Notes under the pieces: generated by a model
Told to the model about the DNA's origin: nothing
Databases searched by the model: none
The model's input: only the letters and a program-made list of their open reading frames with translations
Program-made: the position numbers and the translations under genes
Part shown: positions 22,716 to 34,300 of the stretch, one piece after another
Numbering within the stretch: the stretch's first letter is position 1
How the letters are laid out: every line of letters starts with the position of its first letter
Origin: Botryllus schlosseri
Lineage: Eukaryota
NCBI GenBank assembly: GCA_051294905.1
Contig: CM119372.1
Coordinates: 12,154,001-12,218,000, forward strand
Length of the DNA stretch: 64,000 bases
Direction of reading: 5' to 3'

Positions 22716-23448
22716 ACTTGGTGAAGTCGATAAATCAAACTCCCGCCTTGGGCTATTAGTGTAATATATTGCCTCTGATAGACTGCACTATTGCACTTGG
22801 TCGCTTCGACATCCTATTTGTTAATTACATGTCATTGTGTATTCAAGTTGCATATTGTATTGACGATATTGTGTGTCCGCGCAGGAAATCTAAATCTGTA
22901 GTTAAAATCCACATTTAAGGTTGTTTTCCATCGTACGCAGTCCTTCCGAAATCACATGAAATTACAGCTACAAATTTTTGAATTTGTTCGTTCCTTATGG
23001 TTATTCTGGAAAAATACAAATTCAAGTTGCAAATCAATTTGTGTTTTAATTGCTCATTTCAAAATCCAGACCCAGATTATAAAATATACTCTTACCATCG
23101 TCTTGAAATCCAAGTCCATATCGTGGATTCACTCTTTGTGTTCAAGTGCAAGACTATAATCTACAAATTTAATATCGGTGCAGCACGAACTTTTGATATA
23201 TAATTTTGCACTCAGGCTGCCAGCTATAAGATTACCATGCCGTCCTTCACCTGGACATAGCCCACAACATATTGTTTGTATCATTCTTGTGATGTTTTGG
23301 TTTTCATCTGACAGAATGCACTCCATCAAAGTTGTTGCGAGGATAATCTGGAGATAACTGCATCGAGTTCTTGGTGTGCTTATTTTTCATTGCCAATGTG
23401 AAGCATATAATCAGCAATCACACTCTTATAGATTATTTCTGGACAAGC

Positions 23449-24867
23449 ATGTCCGATCAAGTTGTAACGAAACTTCCTCACCAGATTTTCACCAGAAAAG
23501 ACTCGCCGAAGCACGCCACTAACTATCTGGAAGGCAGACCTGCTGCATCAATTACCGGAGCACCGGTTGTTGTTAGTTTTCGCCGATTCATTAAGTGGGA
23601 CCCATGCTCCGAAGAAGTGCCGGGAATAAAGAACAGGGACCTGGTACATGCTGTTGCTGCGCTATATGATCAAGCTTTGCCTGATGTCACTGAAGACGTA
23701 ATTTACGCTACCATATGTGAAAAATTCGCTCGGACTATTATGATTTTACAAGATGCTAGTGAAGCACTGGAGTGCTTCAAGCAACGGGCATTACACAAAT
23801 TACAAACTCAACATATGAGCATTGCAGATGACTCTGTATTGTCTAATCAAGATAACACTCATTCAGCAAGCGGTGATAGCACAGATTTTGACGAGCAATT
23901 ACAAAACGGAGCCTCATCTATACCGGAAAACACGGTGACTCTATCCGCCGCCAAAAGTGACGGGGAACCAGAAGATAGCAGGTTTTCCGATGTATTTAGT
24001 GATATGGACACATCCGATGAGGAAGAGGACGAGGATGAAGAAGAAGATTTCACAAAAGGCGTCGATGAATTTTTACAGGATGTAAAAGAGAGGCAACGGA
24101 AAAAGTTGGCCTGGATGGATTCTATCACTAAGAATAACTGTTGCGGTGAGCCGCATGATTTGATAGGTATTGAACACAGATTAATGGGTTGTTTAACATT
24201 TGATCGTATTTACCCCAAACGGGGGCATAAAGTTATGCATCTTGCGTTGATAGCGGTACGAAAGAGATTTCGTCATATGTTAGTTGGTAAATTCCTCACC
24301 GATCTTATTCGTAGTCCGTTGATTTCGGGCAAATATGATGCGATCGTGGTTAATGCCGACCACAAAGCTACTGGATTTTTCGAAAAACAAGGATTCAGTG
24401 GAGACGTACTTCTCAACAGTAAATATGAGGAGATAGGCGATACGTGGTATAACTGCAAACGGATGTGCTACCTTCCTCCTTATCAGTCCTTATCTGACAC
24501 TGACTTGCCTATGAATCGTACTGATGAAATAAATTATAATTCCGCGTTGGAAGCCCTGGATTTAAAACAGATGGAACTGGACTATGCTTTGCACCAGGAA
24601 AGGAGCCTGCAAGTGTTTCAAAGCCAGGCTCTGATCATGGAAAGACTTCGCAAAGAAGTGATTTTGTTACGTGCCAAAGTCTCTGCGCAACAAGACACCA
24701 TCGAAGCCTTGAAGACAGAGAACTATGCGGTTCGTGAAGAAAAATATAACTGTGAGAAGGAATTTTTAAGGTTGAAGTTGAAGTTCCTTACAAATGCTGC
24801 TGGTGATTTAACGCTATTCTCTGATAACGATAGCTGTGGTGATATAGGTGATGAGCAAATTGGTTGA
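23449..24867 (+). CDS. Single-exon protein with a split GCN5/PCAF-like GNAT acetyltransferase fold, acidic insert and C-terminal coiled coil (first ATG at 23449)
   Basis: Long open frame. ALYDQALPDVTEDVIYATICEKFARTIMILQD, RLMGCLTF, HLALIAVRKRFRHMLVGKFL and IVVNADHKATGFFEKQGFSGD parallel the recalled GCN5 HAT segments (QLPRMPKEYITRLVFD, RVIGGICF, EIVFCAV...QVKGYG, LTYADEYAIGYFKKQGFSK). Confidence 0.75.
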   Translation: MSDQVVTKLPHQIFTRKDSPKHATNYLEGRPAASITGAPVVVSFRRFIKWDPCSEEVPGIKNRDLVHAVAALYDQALPDVTEDVIYATICEKFARTIMILQDASEALECFKQRALHKLQTQHMSIADDSVLSNQDNTHSASGDSTDFDEQLQNGASSIPENTVTLSAAKSDGEPEDSRFSDVFSDMDTSDEEEDEDEEEDFTKGVDEFLQDVKERQRKKLAWMDSITKNNCCGEPHDLIGIEHRLMGCLTFDRIYPKRGHKVMHLALIAVRKRFRHMLVGKFLTDLIRSPLISGKYDAIVVNADHKATGFFEKQGFSGDVLLNSKYEEIGDTWYNCKRMCYLPPYQSLSDTDLPMNRTDEINYNSALEALDLKQMELDYALHQERSLQVFQSQALIMERLRKEVILLRAKVSAQQDTIEALKTENYAVREEKYNCEKEFLRLKLKFLTNAAGDLTLFSDNDSCGDIGDEQIG

Positions 24868-25517
24868 ATTTTTTGTGAGAACAGGTTTGCGTTGTCAGTG
24901 ACAGTATTTGGCATGCACTCTGCAATCAGAACTGACTGACAGTACCATCTTTTGCTCTGTTCTGTTTTTGCTGCCAAAATGCTGTTTTGTGAAAATTTAC
25001 CGAGTTTTGCTAGCAAGTGTGTCGATCGAACCCATACTAGCACTGTGTTTTACCTAAATTTGTTGAAAATTATTACTATATTTACTTGAGTAAATATGTC
25101 TACCTTCCTATATTGGTTGTTGCCTTTTCATGCTTGGTTCATCCATTAATTTATGTATTATAAAGATGAAAGATTGATTTTCATTTCACATACGTAGTGA
25201 TTTTAGTTTTTTTTCAGATTTTTATATGATATATTTTAGAATTTCATTACTGTGATGGTTTTTCATTTTGTGCTGTAGAATTCTGATCTTGGTAAGGACT
25301 CTGTTTGAAATAATGTTAAGTCTAATCTGCTTATGTGCTCTTGATCTTTCTTCTGAAATATTGTGGCTATTTAATAAAAGTAAATTAATCGTACACACTA
25401 CACGGTATTTAGATAAAAGGTATATGTTGCGTTTTTGACATTCATGCCTACGGGTGTTATGCATTTTATAACAGAAGGTATATTTATTTCAGCGTACTAA
25501 CCTGTTAATTATCACAA

Positions 25518-28151
25518 ATGTCTCAACTGTCACAGCGATCTAATGGCCAAAAAATACGAGATTGGACAGACCAACGATGCGAAGATAAATACCAAAGTAT
25601 TGCACCCAAAATCCTTCGCGAAATCAATGAATCTAAATCAAAGGAGGCGCTGGAACTCTGCTCCTTGTTACGTACAAAACTCCTTCGCTATGTTAAAATC
25701 GATGAACTCGGCGAGGATATTCTAAACACGGTCACTTTGCGCCTGTGTCGCGTTTTTGATGAAGCTTTGGAAAAGTTACCAGGAAATTTGGTTGACCATT
25801 CGTCGCTGACCATACCAATACTGACAGACCTGTTGAAGGATTTGATAGAAGTTTTGGAATGTTTCAACGGTTTTATCTTACATCTAATGGCATTAGCGAC
25901 AGAATGCGCCAATGATCTGGAACTGCTGAACATTTTTGAAATCATGAGCAACGCCATCGATATTATTAAAAAATCATATCGACACTGTCAAAGCAGTGCG
26001 AAAGATTATGGAGATTTCTTCAAGCACGCAAGTGGACTGTTGGGGAAAGTGTTCAAAATCACTTATGGATTGCAAAAAAACTTTGGATCTATTATTTCTA
26101 AACTAAAAGCAACTCCTGAACTTATCGTGTCGGAACAAAGTAAAATGGCGGTGAAGAATGTTTGTCAAAGTCTACTATCCATCTGTGAGATTACGTGTAA
26201 GATTGATAATTATCCCCTGGTATTGACTTGGAATATGATGCTAAGGTTTATGAACGCGTTCAAAGATATTGTGAGTGAAGAAATAGATGCAGGTTGCTAT
26301 GTGACAATGATATCATGTAACATCAATGAATGTGTCGGCTACTGCATTCAACTGCACCAGCAAAGCAGTCACCTGCTAGACGCCGGCGACATTGCCACCA
26401 AAAAGGCCGTACATCAGTCTTTAAAATACTCCAAACTTTTGATGTCTGCATTTATCGAAATGGTCAGAGTTTTTAATGTAAACTTGACCAAGGAACTATT
26501 ACGTTTGCTCACGGCATTTTTCCATGACTTCAACGCCTTGTATGAGTTACGAGATTCAGAAATTGATAGCGGCAAAATGAAGTCACAAATGAATATTTTT
26601 AAGCAGTTGGGTGTCTACGAAACACTAATCGGTGTGCTGGTTGATGACGAATGCTTCATGAAGTATGTTTGTGTGCATTCTTCGCAAGAGTCTGACTATG
26701 GGTGGTTTCATGTTTGGTTGTCTATTATAAAGCGTTTGTTGCGTAATCCTGACTCGCGCTTGCAGTGGTGTCAAGAACATACCGGCGACAGGGCAGCGGT
26801 CTGTGCGATTGTGCGGTTGATGATAGAATGTGTATCATCGGAGAATTGTGCTTTAGTGTCGCATTTTAACGTTGACGTGTCATTATACGATACTGCCTTG
26901 ATCCACATTTGTGCGTTAGTGTCGGAATTGCCGTCTGATACCTTCGCAGCCATGGAGGAGATGCTTTTTGCATTCCTAACCTCGTACTCTCCCACAAAAA
27001 GTGTCTTAGCCAGCGATGTATTTGTATTCTTGTCAAAATTATCCTTGTCGATGGCCGAACATTACATATCACTTTTGAGGAATATTCTTTGTTCTATAGC
27101 AGAGAGCAATGAAATCTCATTCCCGGTGCTCACTCTGACATCTGTGTTGAATAGAATTGTGGGGTCGTCAAAGGCTGGCGCCGATGCGTTATCGAATTCT
27201 TCCATCACTCGGCCGATATGGTATGCGTTTTGCAAAAGCGCTGAACTTGATCACAGCGCCCTCGAAAATAATGTTTTGAAAATATCGCAAAAATCTGAAG
27301 TTTCCTTGAGCGATGTTGACAAATTAACGAAGGATACGGCATTGTTGGGGAACTGTTTCCGAAATTTTTCCTCATCCGGAAAGCAAAAGGCTATGGTAAA
27401 GCGATTTTTTTTATTGCATGTTGACATTTTTTTGAACTTTGAAAACTGTAAAATCGGATTATGGGATTCAGTAAATTTCAGTAATTTTGTCATGAGAATT
27501 TTGATCGCATTGAAATTCTTCACGCAATACGCCAATGATACCGACAAACCTAGAGTATTACAATGCTTGGAAATGATCGTCAAGCGTAGTTCTGCATTGT
27601 CGGCAAAACTCGGAGTAATTGACGTTCTCGCACAGTTTGGGAGCTTCCATCCGAAAAGCATTGAAGCCGTCAGTTTGATTTTTCGAAAACTGATAGCAGA
27701 CCAAAATTGGAGGGTGCGCCATGACGCTGCTGACACGCTAATCAAACTGTCGCTGCGCATGACAAAGTCAAGTTTACTGGAAAGTTGCGCTAGTAATCCT
27801 GAAGTCTCGCAGACGATCGAGAACCACATCACATTTCAATGCGAAGACTCGACTTTGCGCGAGGGACCTTTCAGCAGACAAGAAAATGAATATATGTCCA
27901 AATTCGACAAATATGTAACATCATGGACAGAGAAGCGATGTAAGCTTTCTGAGAATTTCAGTGAAAAGTGCACGTCTTCCAATGGTGCCTGCAACGTGAG
28001 CCAACGCATATCGCAGATTAAAGCTGACGTTCTCGCGTTGAATCACTCGTGTCAAACGACCGATAATACTCAATTAAGTGTGGAGGATTTGCAAAATTTA
28101 TCAACCATTAAGGGCACTTTAGACCAGCTGATGCATCGGTTTCAAAGTTAA
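25518..28151 (+). CDS. FIRRM: FIGNL1-interacting regulator of recombination and mitosis (C1orf112/FLIP, DUF4487); single-exon CDS, 877 aa
   Basis: IIKKSYRHCQSSAKDYG...LLGKVFKITYGLQK and SLYDTALIHICALV...VLASDVFVFLSK match recalled C1orf112 blocks (IIKSTFVHCKNSESVYS...LFKEAYSLQK; LLAMDAWCFLAR). All-helical HEAT/ARM-like composition. Confidence 0.85.
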   Translation: MSQLSQRSNGQKIRDWTDQRCEDKYQSIAPKILREINESKSKEALELCSLLRTKLLRYVKIDELGEDILNTVTLRLCRVFDEALEKLPGNLVDHSSLTIPILTDLLKDLIEVLECFNGFILHLMALATECANDLELLNIFEIMSNAIDIIKKSYRHCQSSAKDYGDFFKHASGLLGKVFKITYGLQKNFGSIISKLKATPELIVSEQSKMAVKNVCQSLLSICEITCKIDNYPLVLTWNMMLRFMNAFKDIVSEEIDAGCYVTMISCNINECVGYCIQLHQQSSHLLDAGDIATKKAVHQSLKYSKLLMSAFIEMVRVFNVNLTKELLRLLTAFFHDFNALYELRDSEIDSGKMKSQMNIFKQLGVYETLIGVLVDDECFMKYVCVHSSQESDYGWFHVWLSIIKRLLRNPDSRLQWCQEHTGDRAAVCAIVRLMIECVSSENCALVSHFNVDVSLYDTALIHICALVSELPSDTFAAMEEMLFAFLTSYSPTKSVLASDVFVFLSKLSLSMAEHYISLLRNILCSIAESNEISFPVLTLTSVLNRIVGSSKAGADALSNSSITRPIWYAFCKSAELDHSALENNVLKISQKSEVSLSDVDKLTKDTALLGNCFRNFSSSGKQKAMVKRFFLLHVDIFLNFENCKIGLWDSVNFSNFVMRILIALKFFTQYANDTDKPRVLQCLEMIVKRSSALSAKLGVIDVLAQFGSFHPKSIEAVSLIFRKLIADQNWRVRHDAADTLIKLSLRMTKSSLLESCASNPEVSQTIENHITFQCEDSTLREGPFSRQENEYMSKFDKYVTSWTEKRCKLSENFSEKCTSSNGACNVSQRISQIKADVLALNHSCQTTDNTQLSVEDLQNLSTIKGTLDQLMHRFQS

Positions 28152-28309
28152 TATGTCGAATGTTGCCCACCTGAATTTCCGTGTCTCACTGCCAATTATT
28201 TCAATGCATTTCTTGTTATTTACTAACCGAATCTGGATTTTGTTTTGATGCTTCTTATTCTTACATTTGTTCAATGTTTATTCGCCAGCTGCTAAATAGA
28301 CACAGACCA

Positions 28310-31300
28310 ATGAAACCGTCGTTCAATTTCAAATTAAACCATAAGGTCTATCCGCGTACTGTAACGGTCGGGAAATATGACGGCGAGCATACTTGCCTCA
28401 CCGCCGCCACAACCGCAGGAAAGGTGATCATTCATAATCCGCACTCGAAATCTGTTGGTGGGGACCGAATCACTGTGGAAGGAAGTGGCATAAGCCTTCT
28501 GAATATAAATCAAGCAATCACATCTTTGTGTGCAGGTATAGTACAAGCTTGATTTCATAATCTGAGTTTTTTTTCCATATCCAAAACTCTTGACGGCATT
28601 GCCATTTACCTGCTTAAATTGCCGTTTCGTAATGTACAGGCCACATAATTTTACGTACGGACATTAACTCATGCTGTTACGGTATTTCAAAGCGTTGGAT
28701 CACATCAAAACGGCCTTGGCGCCTCTTTATCACTTGTGAGACCTAGTGAATGCTTATCTCATTTTCAATGCTCAACAATTCAATCGATGCTCATCGTGAA
28801 TTATATGAGTAGCACTGATCATGATTATTTATAAGGAGATTTGTAAATTCAGTCCAGCGAGGCTCGTTAATGTCATATTTTGGTGCGTGAATTAGATATT
28901 GTGATCGCAATTTCTACCTCGAAATAGATTTGTCGTTAATGTCATGAATTCTGAACTAATTGTATTTCAGGTCGGCTTGACGGCGACGACAAGCGAGATG
29001 TGCTTGCGATCGGCACTGCCACCAATTTACTGCTTTATGACATTCACAATAACAAAGATTTGTTCTATAAGGTTTGATTGGTCAGGACATCATTTGATTT
29101 TTTCCGCGCTAATGCCGTCTTTACCCAAGGATGTTCCTGATGGTGTGAACACCATGCAGATCGGAAGGCTAGGAGATATCGACACACCGCTTGTTATTGT
29201 GGGGGGAAATTGCACGTTGCAAGGGTTTGATTTCAACGGCGATGACAGGTATTGCTTACTAATACATTACTGAAATTTTAGGCATTTCTGAAGAGATGAT
29301 TTCATATAATCTGTGATAGACTTGGAGCTGAGCAAATCCAGAATCTAAGCTTGACAATTATCGTTTCAGATACTGGACTGTCACAGGTGATAATGTCAGT
29401 TCTTTGGCACTTCTGGATTACACAGGTACTGGGAAAAACAGACTTGTGGTAGGATCTGAGGACTACGATATCAGAGTGTTCCAGGTTTGTTTGTTCTTTT
29501 TCAAGACTGTTTCGGACATCGATTGATGCTCGCAAACCTTGCAGGAAGATGAAATCATATCCGAGATCTCCGAAAATGATGTCGTCACCATGCTGTCTTC
29601 AATCGATGGCAGTAAATATGGGTATTCTCTTGCAAATGGAACTGTGGGAGTGTATGACCGGACAGCCAGGTACGTGGCATAGTCACTAGGCTTACTTGAA
29701 GTGTTCTGAGTTGGTCGAGGTGTCACATACTTTTGCAGTAAATCGATAGCGACTACTTCCGAATTTGCAACATGCAACTTATTCAAAATGACTGATGACC
29801 AGGGTTGTAATGACTCGAGTCGCAATTTATTGTTGACTTGACTTGGCCCAAGTCGTTTTCTTAACAATGGAAAAAATGGAGTTTTGCATGATTCGACCAA
29901 GTCATATGACTTTATTCAAGTCTCGTATATCAGGACCGATATTTGAAAAATAGGCCAGAAACTATCTTTTGAATAAGCTTGCTTAAAGTGAGAAAATGGG
30001 TATAATATAATATTATTATGAATCGCAGGCCTTTGATGTCACTCAAAAGTTGCACAGAAGTGAGTTCAACCTGACTGGAACTCGATACTGAACAGTTAAT
30101 ACAATGACTTGGACTCAGACTCGAGTCTTAACACTATGACCCGGACTTGATCCGTTGCTCCCTGACCTGGACCTGGTGGTGAATTGAAAATGACAGTCTT
30201 GACTCGAGTCAAAACTATAAAAGTCGAATTGACTTGTGACTCGGAACCTTGTGACTTAGTTACAGCCCTGCCAATGACACCACAATATCTTTATATGTAT
30301 TTAGTGACCATGATACGGAGGGGGGGCAGTTTTGAAGAAGTTTTGCTATAAAAGCTGTTGAGCAATAGTAGAAGTAGTCTAAAACATAACCACTTGAGTA
30401 AGTAGTGCAGGTAGCCAAATCTTATTTGAGTAGATCTGATGATCACACAGCGCTAGACGTTGATGAAATACTCGTGCTTCTTGAACATATGACAGCATCG
30501 CGATACGTTTTATCCGTAATATATCAAGGTATTGGAGGGTGAAGTCAAAAAGCCAAGTGACTGCGATGCACCGCTTCGATATTAACGGGGACGGCGTGCC
30601 TGAACTGATAACCGGATGGTCGAACGGAAAGATCGACGTCAGAAACCCCAAAACGGGAGACGTCCTGTATAAAGACACAATGTCGAGCGCCGTGGCCGGG
30701 ATTGTGGATGCGGAATACAGGATGGACGGGAAAGTGCAACTTATCTGCGTGTCGGTCGACGGCGAAGTCAAAGGATACGACCCCATCGTGGGAAAGGCCG
30801 CCGAATCAATCCTCGACACCGCCAAAGCACAGGTGCTGCCTTTGATTGTAGTGATGCTGTCGCAATTGCGTTTACGACGCGTTGATTTTGTGTCACAGGG
30901 GGAGTTACGCGAACTGAATCAGCTGAAGCAGAGTCTGGCGCTTGAAATGCAAAACTACGAGGCGGAGAGAGCGTCTGAAAAATCGTCAGCGTTGGTATCG
31001 CCATCGGAGAAGTCTATGGTATGAAATATGAGTTTGTCTTTTCGGTACTGGGCTTTGGAGATGGCCGTGATTTTATACAACTGCACCCTGACTGTTGATA
31101 AAGTTATGCTCCGAAGTGTGACTCGTGACTCATATGTACCTCATGTCGTGTTGGTCAGTTTGATGTAGCGACTAGTTCTCCCAATTGTTTTGTGAGGGTT
31201 GTAATGACTCGACTGTGTCACGATTTTTGTTGACTCGACTTTACTCGAGTCGTTTTTTCAAATGCGTAAAATCACTCGACTAGTACTCTCGGGTCATTGT

Positions 31301-34300
31301 TCATGACTCGAACCAAGTCATGTGACTCGAGACCAGAACGGCCAAGACACATTTCATTGTAACGCCGAAGAATAGTAAAGTTACCACGTTATTGGATTTC
31401 GTCTGTCAGTCCTGATACTCGTGAAATCGGCCAGAAACTGTTGAGATAGATGAAAATTACTATATTATGAATACGAGCCATTCTATATCACTCGAGCAGA
31501 GTTGATAAACGTAGAATTGTAGATTGATCTGGATTGAACCGTGACCATAATGACTTGGACTCGGACTCGAGTCAAAACACTGTGACTTGTACTCAACCCT
31601 CTACTAGCTGACTTGACTCGGTGGTGAATTGAAAATGACACCACTTGACTCAAGTCAAAACTATAAAAGTCAGATATACTTGTGACTCGGGACCATGTGA
31701 CTTGGTTACAACCCTGTCTTTTTTTTCTATTGTAGGATGCCATTTTATGTGTCGGTCATATTGACAGTAATTCTGTTACGACATAGCCCAAATTTGAGTC
31801 AAATTTGCTTTAATTATCGTTTGTTGGAGCTACCTGTATGGCTGTACGTTAAGCATGGAATCTAGAATAACACTTACTCACAACATTTTGCACATGGCAT
31901 TTTTGGTATCACTTCGAAATTTTGAAAGATGGTGTTTATTCTCGTGGCCTTGCTCATATCATCGTACGCACTTGATCGCGTAATATATTCATTTTACCAT
32001 TCACAGGCTGGCATGATTCCAATCAACACTGAGCTTAAGACCAAGTTTCTCATCGCTCGAGATAGCGAGACGAATTCAGCGCACATCAAACTGGTGATAA
32101 CTACTACCGCCGAAGATGTCGTCATTAGAATGGCAACGGTATTCGCGGAAGGGATTTTCGAAGGCATGTACCGACCTTATGAAAACGTAACATATGCGAC
32201 ATAATCAGAATCCAGTACAGGAATCAGTTGGCAACCAAACTCACACATGAACATAAACAAGTGGTTAAATGTTCACGGAAATGAAGTTTCTCTGATTTGA
32301 CTGTTAGAGCCTGTTTGGAATTAAAGTATTATTATCACAGCTACTGGATAGGACTGATTTCTGTCTGTCTGATTTCTGTAGGCGGCAATTGAACTCTATT
32401 TTTGTCGCTGTTGGTTGACTTACACTCTACTGTTTGTGTACTCAGTTCTGCTGAGCTCTTACTGCTGGCCAATGCATTCAGCTTACTCCAACTAATCCAT
32501 TTCTTTGTGAATAGCGATGGCGTAACATACCGGTATCAAGTATAGATAACACACGATTGACTTATGCAAAATCTCAGGTGAAAGCATCGTCATTCATCCT
32601 GCTCCGAACAAAGTGTCACCCTCAATAGAAGTCCCTCTGCTTCCGATAAAAGACGTGGAAGTGGAACTTCACATTAAGGCATATATTGGACCGAGGAACT
32701 CGCAATCATTTCATGTGTACGAACTCACGAGGAAGTATGTCAATGGGTATACTTGCATGGTAAAATATAAAATGAGAATTGGGTTGGTAGAGAAGTTCCA
32801 AGATCCCAGGAGCAGTATCTGGGTGTTTATGTCTTCATATGTGCCACGACGTCAAAAAGATTGACAACCACTGCTATAACGGTTGGTTAGTCAGCATTAT
32901 GCCAATTGTCCAAGTATGGGATTGATTTTTTCAAGCAAAATCCCTTCGCGTTTTCATCGTTATCAAATATAATGCTATTCATTACTTACACTCTCTTTCG
33001 GGCAAAATTAGTGGCTTCGTCAACCGCCTTTCGCACTCTCTCAACTTTGGTAATTCAATGCGGCACTCCCCTCTAATTTTATGCTTTGCCCGTTCAGTCT
33101 ACCGAAGTACTGCATGTACTCCTACGTACCGACTGCCCTGCCGAAGCCAAGCGGTAACGTAACCTTCGCCCTGAACGAGCGACTGGCGCGCATCCTACTT
33201 TGGCTCAACAAAGCGTTTTTGCTGTTGGACGACGAAGGCGACATCATCAACATCAGTGTTGCGGATGAGAGCAAGGATTTCGATGTGAACTTCATTCTCT
33301 TGAGAGGAGGCGGATCTATCGTCCTGAATTTTGCTGTTGGCGGTAAGTGTGCGACTTTTGTAGCTTTAGAGCAGGGGAATTCCACTTTGCCCATCTTCGG
33401 ACAGCATAAGTCAGAGGTCTCAAACACGCGGCCCGCGAGTCCATTTTCTGCGGCCCGCGAGCGTAATTTGGATTTAGAAGTATTCGACAACATTGAACTG
33501 TCATATATCATTTTCTTATTTGAAAACTGGAAATTCGCCCCAAAACCACTCCAGAAGCTTGAAACTACTCATCAAACTTCACTATTACATCACTTTCAAA
33601 AGTTACCACTGAATACTTCGGCGATTGGAAATTTCTATCGCTAGGGCACAGTCATCATTATATTCAAGTTGTTTTAGATCTGTTCCAGTATTCGAAGGTA
33701 AATCTAACGCCGATTTAATTTGACATAGGTAATGACATGATCAATAGTTTTGTTATCAGGAGTATACCCGAAACCCGGATTAGGCCGTACTGCTCCAATA
33801 ATGCTCTGATATCAGATCAAACTTTGTAAAATTCTAAAATATTCTACCTATAATTGTGACACATCAAATTTCCGCCAGCTGCAAAATTATAACCCGACAG
33901 CTTTTACGATGTCCTGATGCATTTGTACTCTCGCATGGTGTCTACAGCAGCCATGCCAAGCACAGCAACAATTTTATTCAAATGTTTTAAAATGCGATAT
34001 TTTCGTGCCAAGCGTGAATTCACAATAGTAAATCACATATTAAAGATGCGTGTGGCATGTCAGTCTGCAAGGTCCCGTCAAATAAGGCCTACTCGAAAAT
34101 ACATTGAATTCCCCTGTTATTGGTGCTGCTGCCCGTGCGCCATGAAAAAGTAGGAGATTGGCCCGCGAGTACATTTGAGTTTGAGACTTCTGGCATAAGT
34201 GATATTATTTTTAGGGCTGGGAGTGATTCGAATCTATTCGATTAACTCCTTATGACGTCTTGGGTCAAGAGTAGTGATGACCTCTTATGCAACCACAACG

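Noticed and set aside
23371..23448. N-terminal extension of the GNAT ORF given in the ORF track
   Set aside because: It starts at TTG; the first ATG is at 23449.
28147..28305. FIRRM-BBS2 fusion by cis-splicing from the weak GT at the FIRRM stop
   Set aside because: All three acceptors give out-of-frame products ending in stops.
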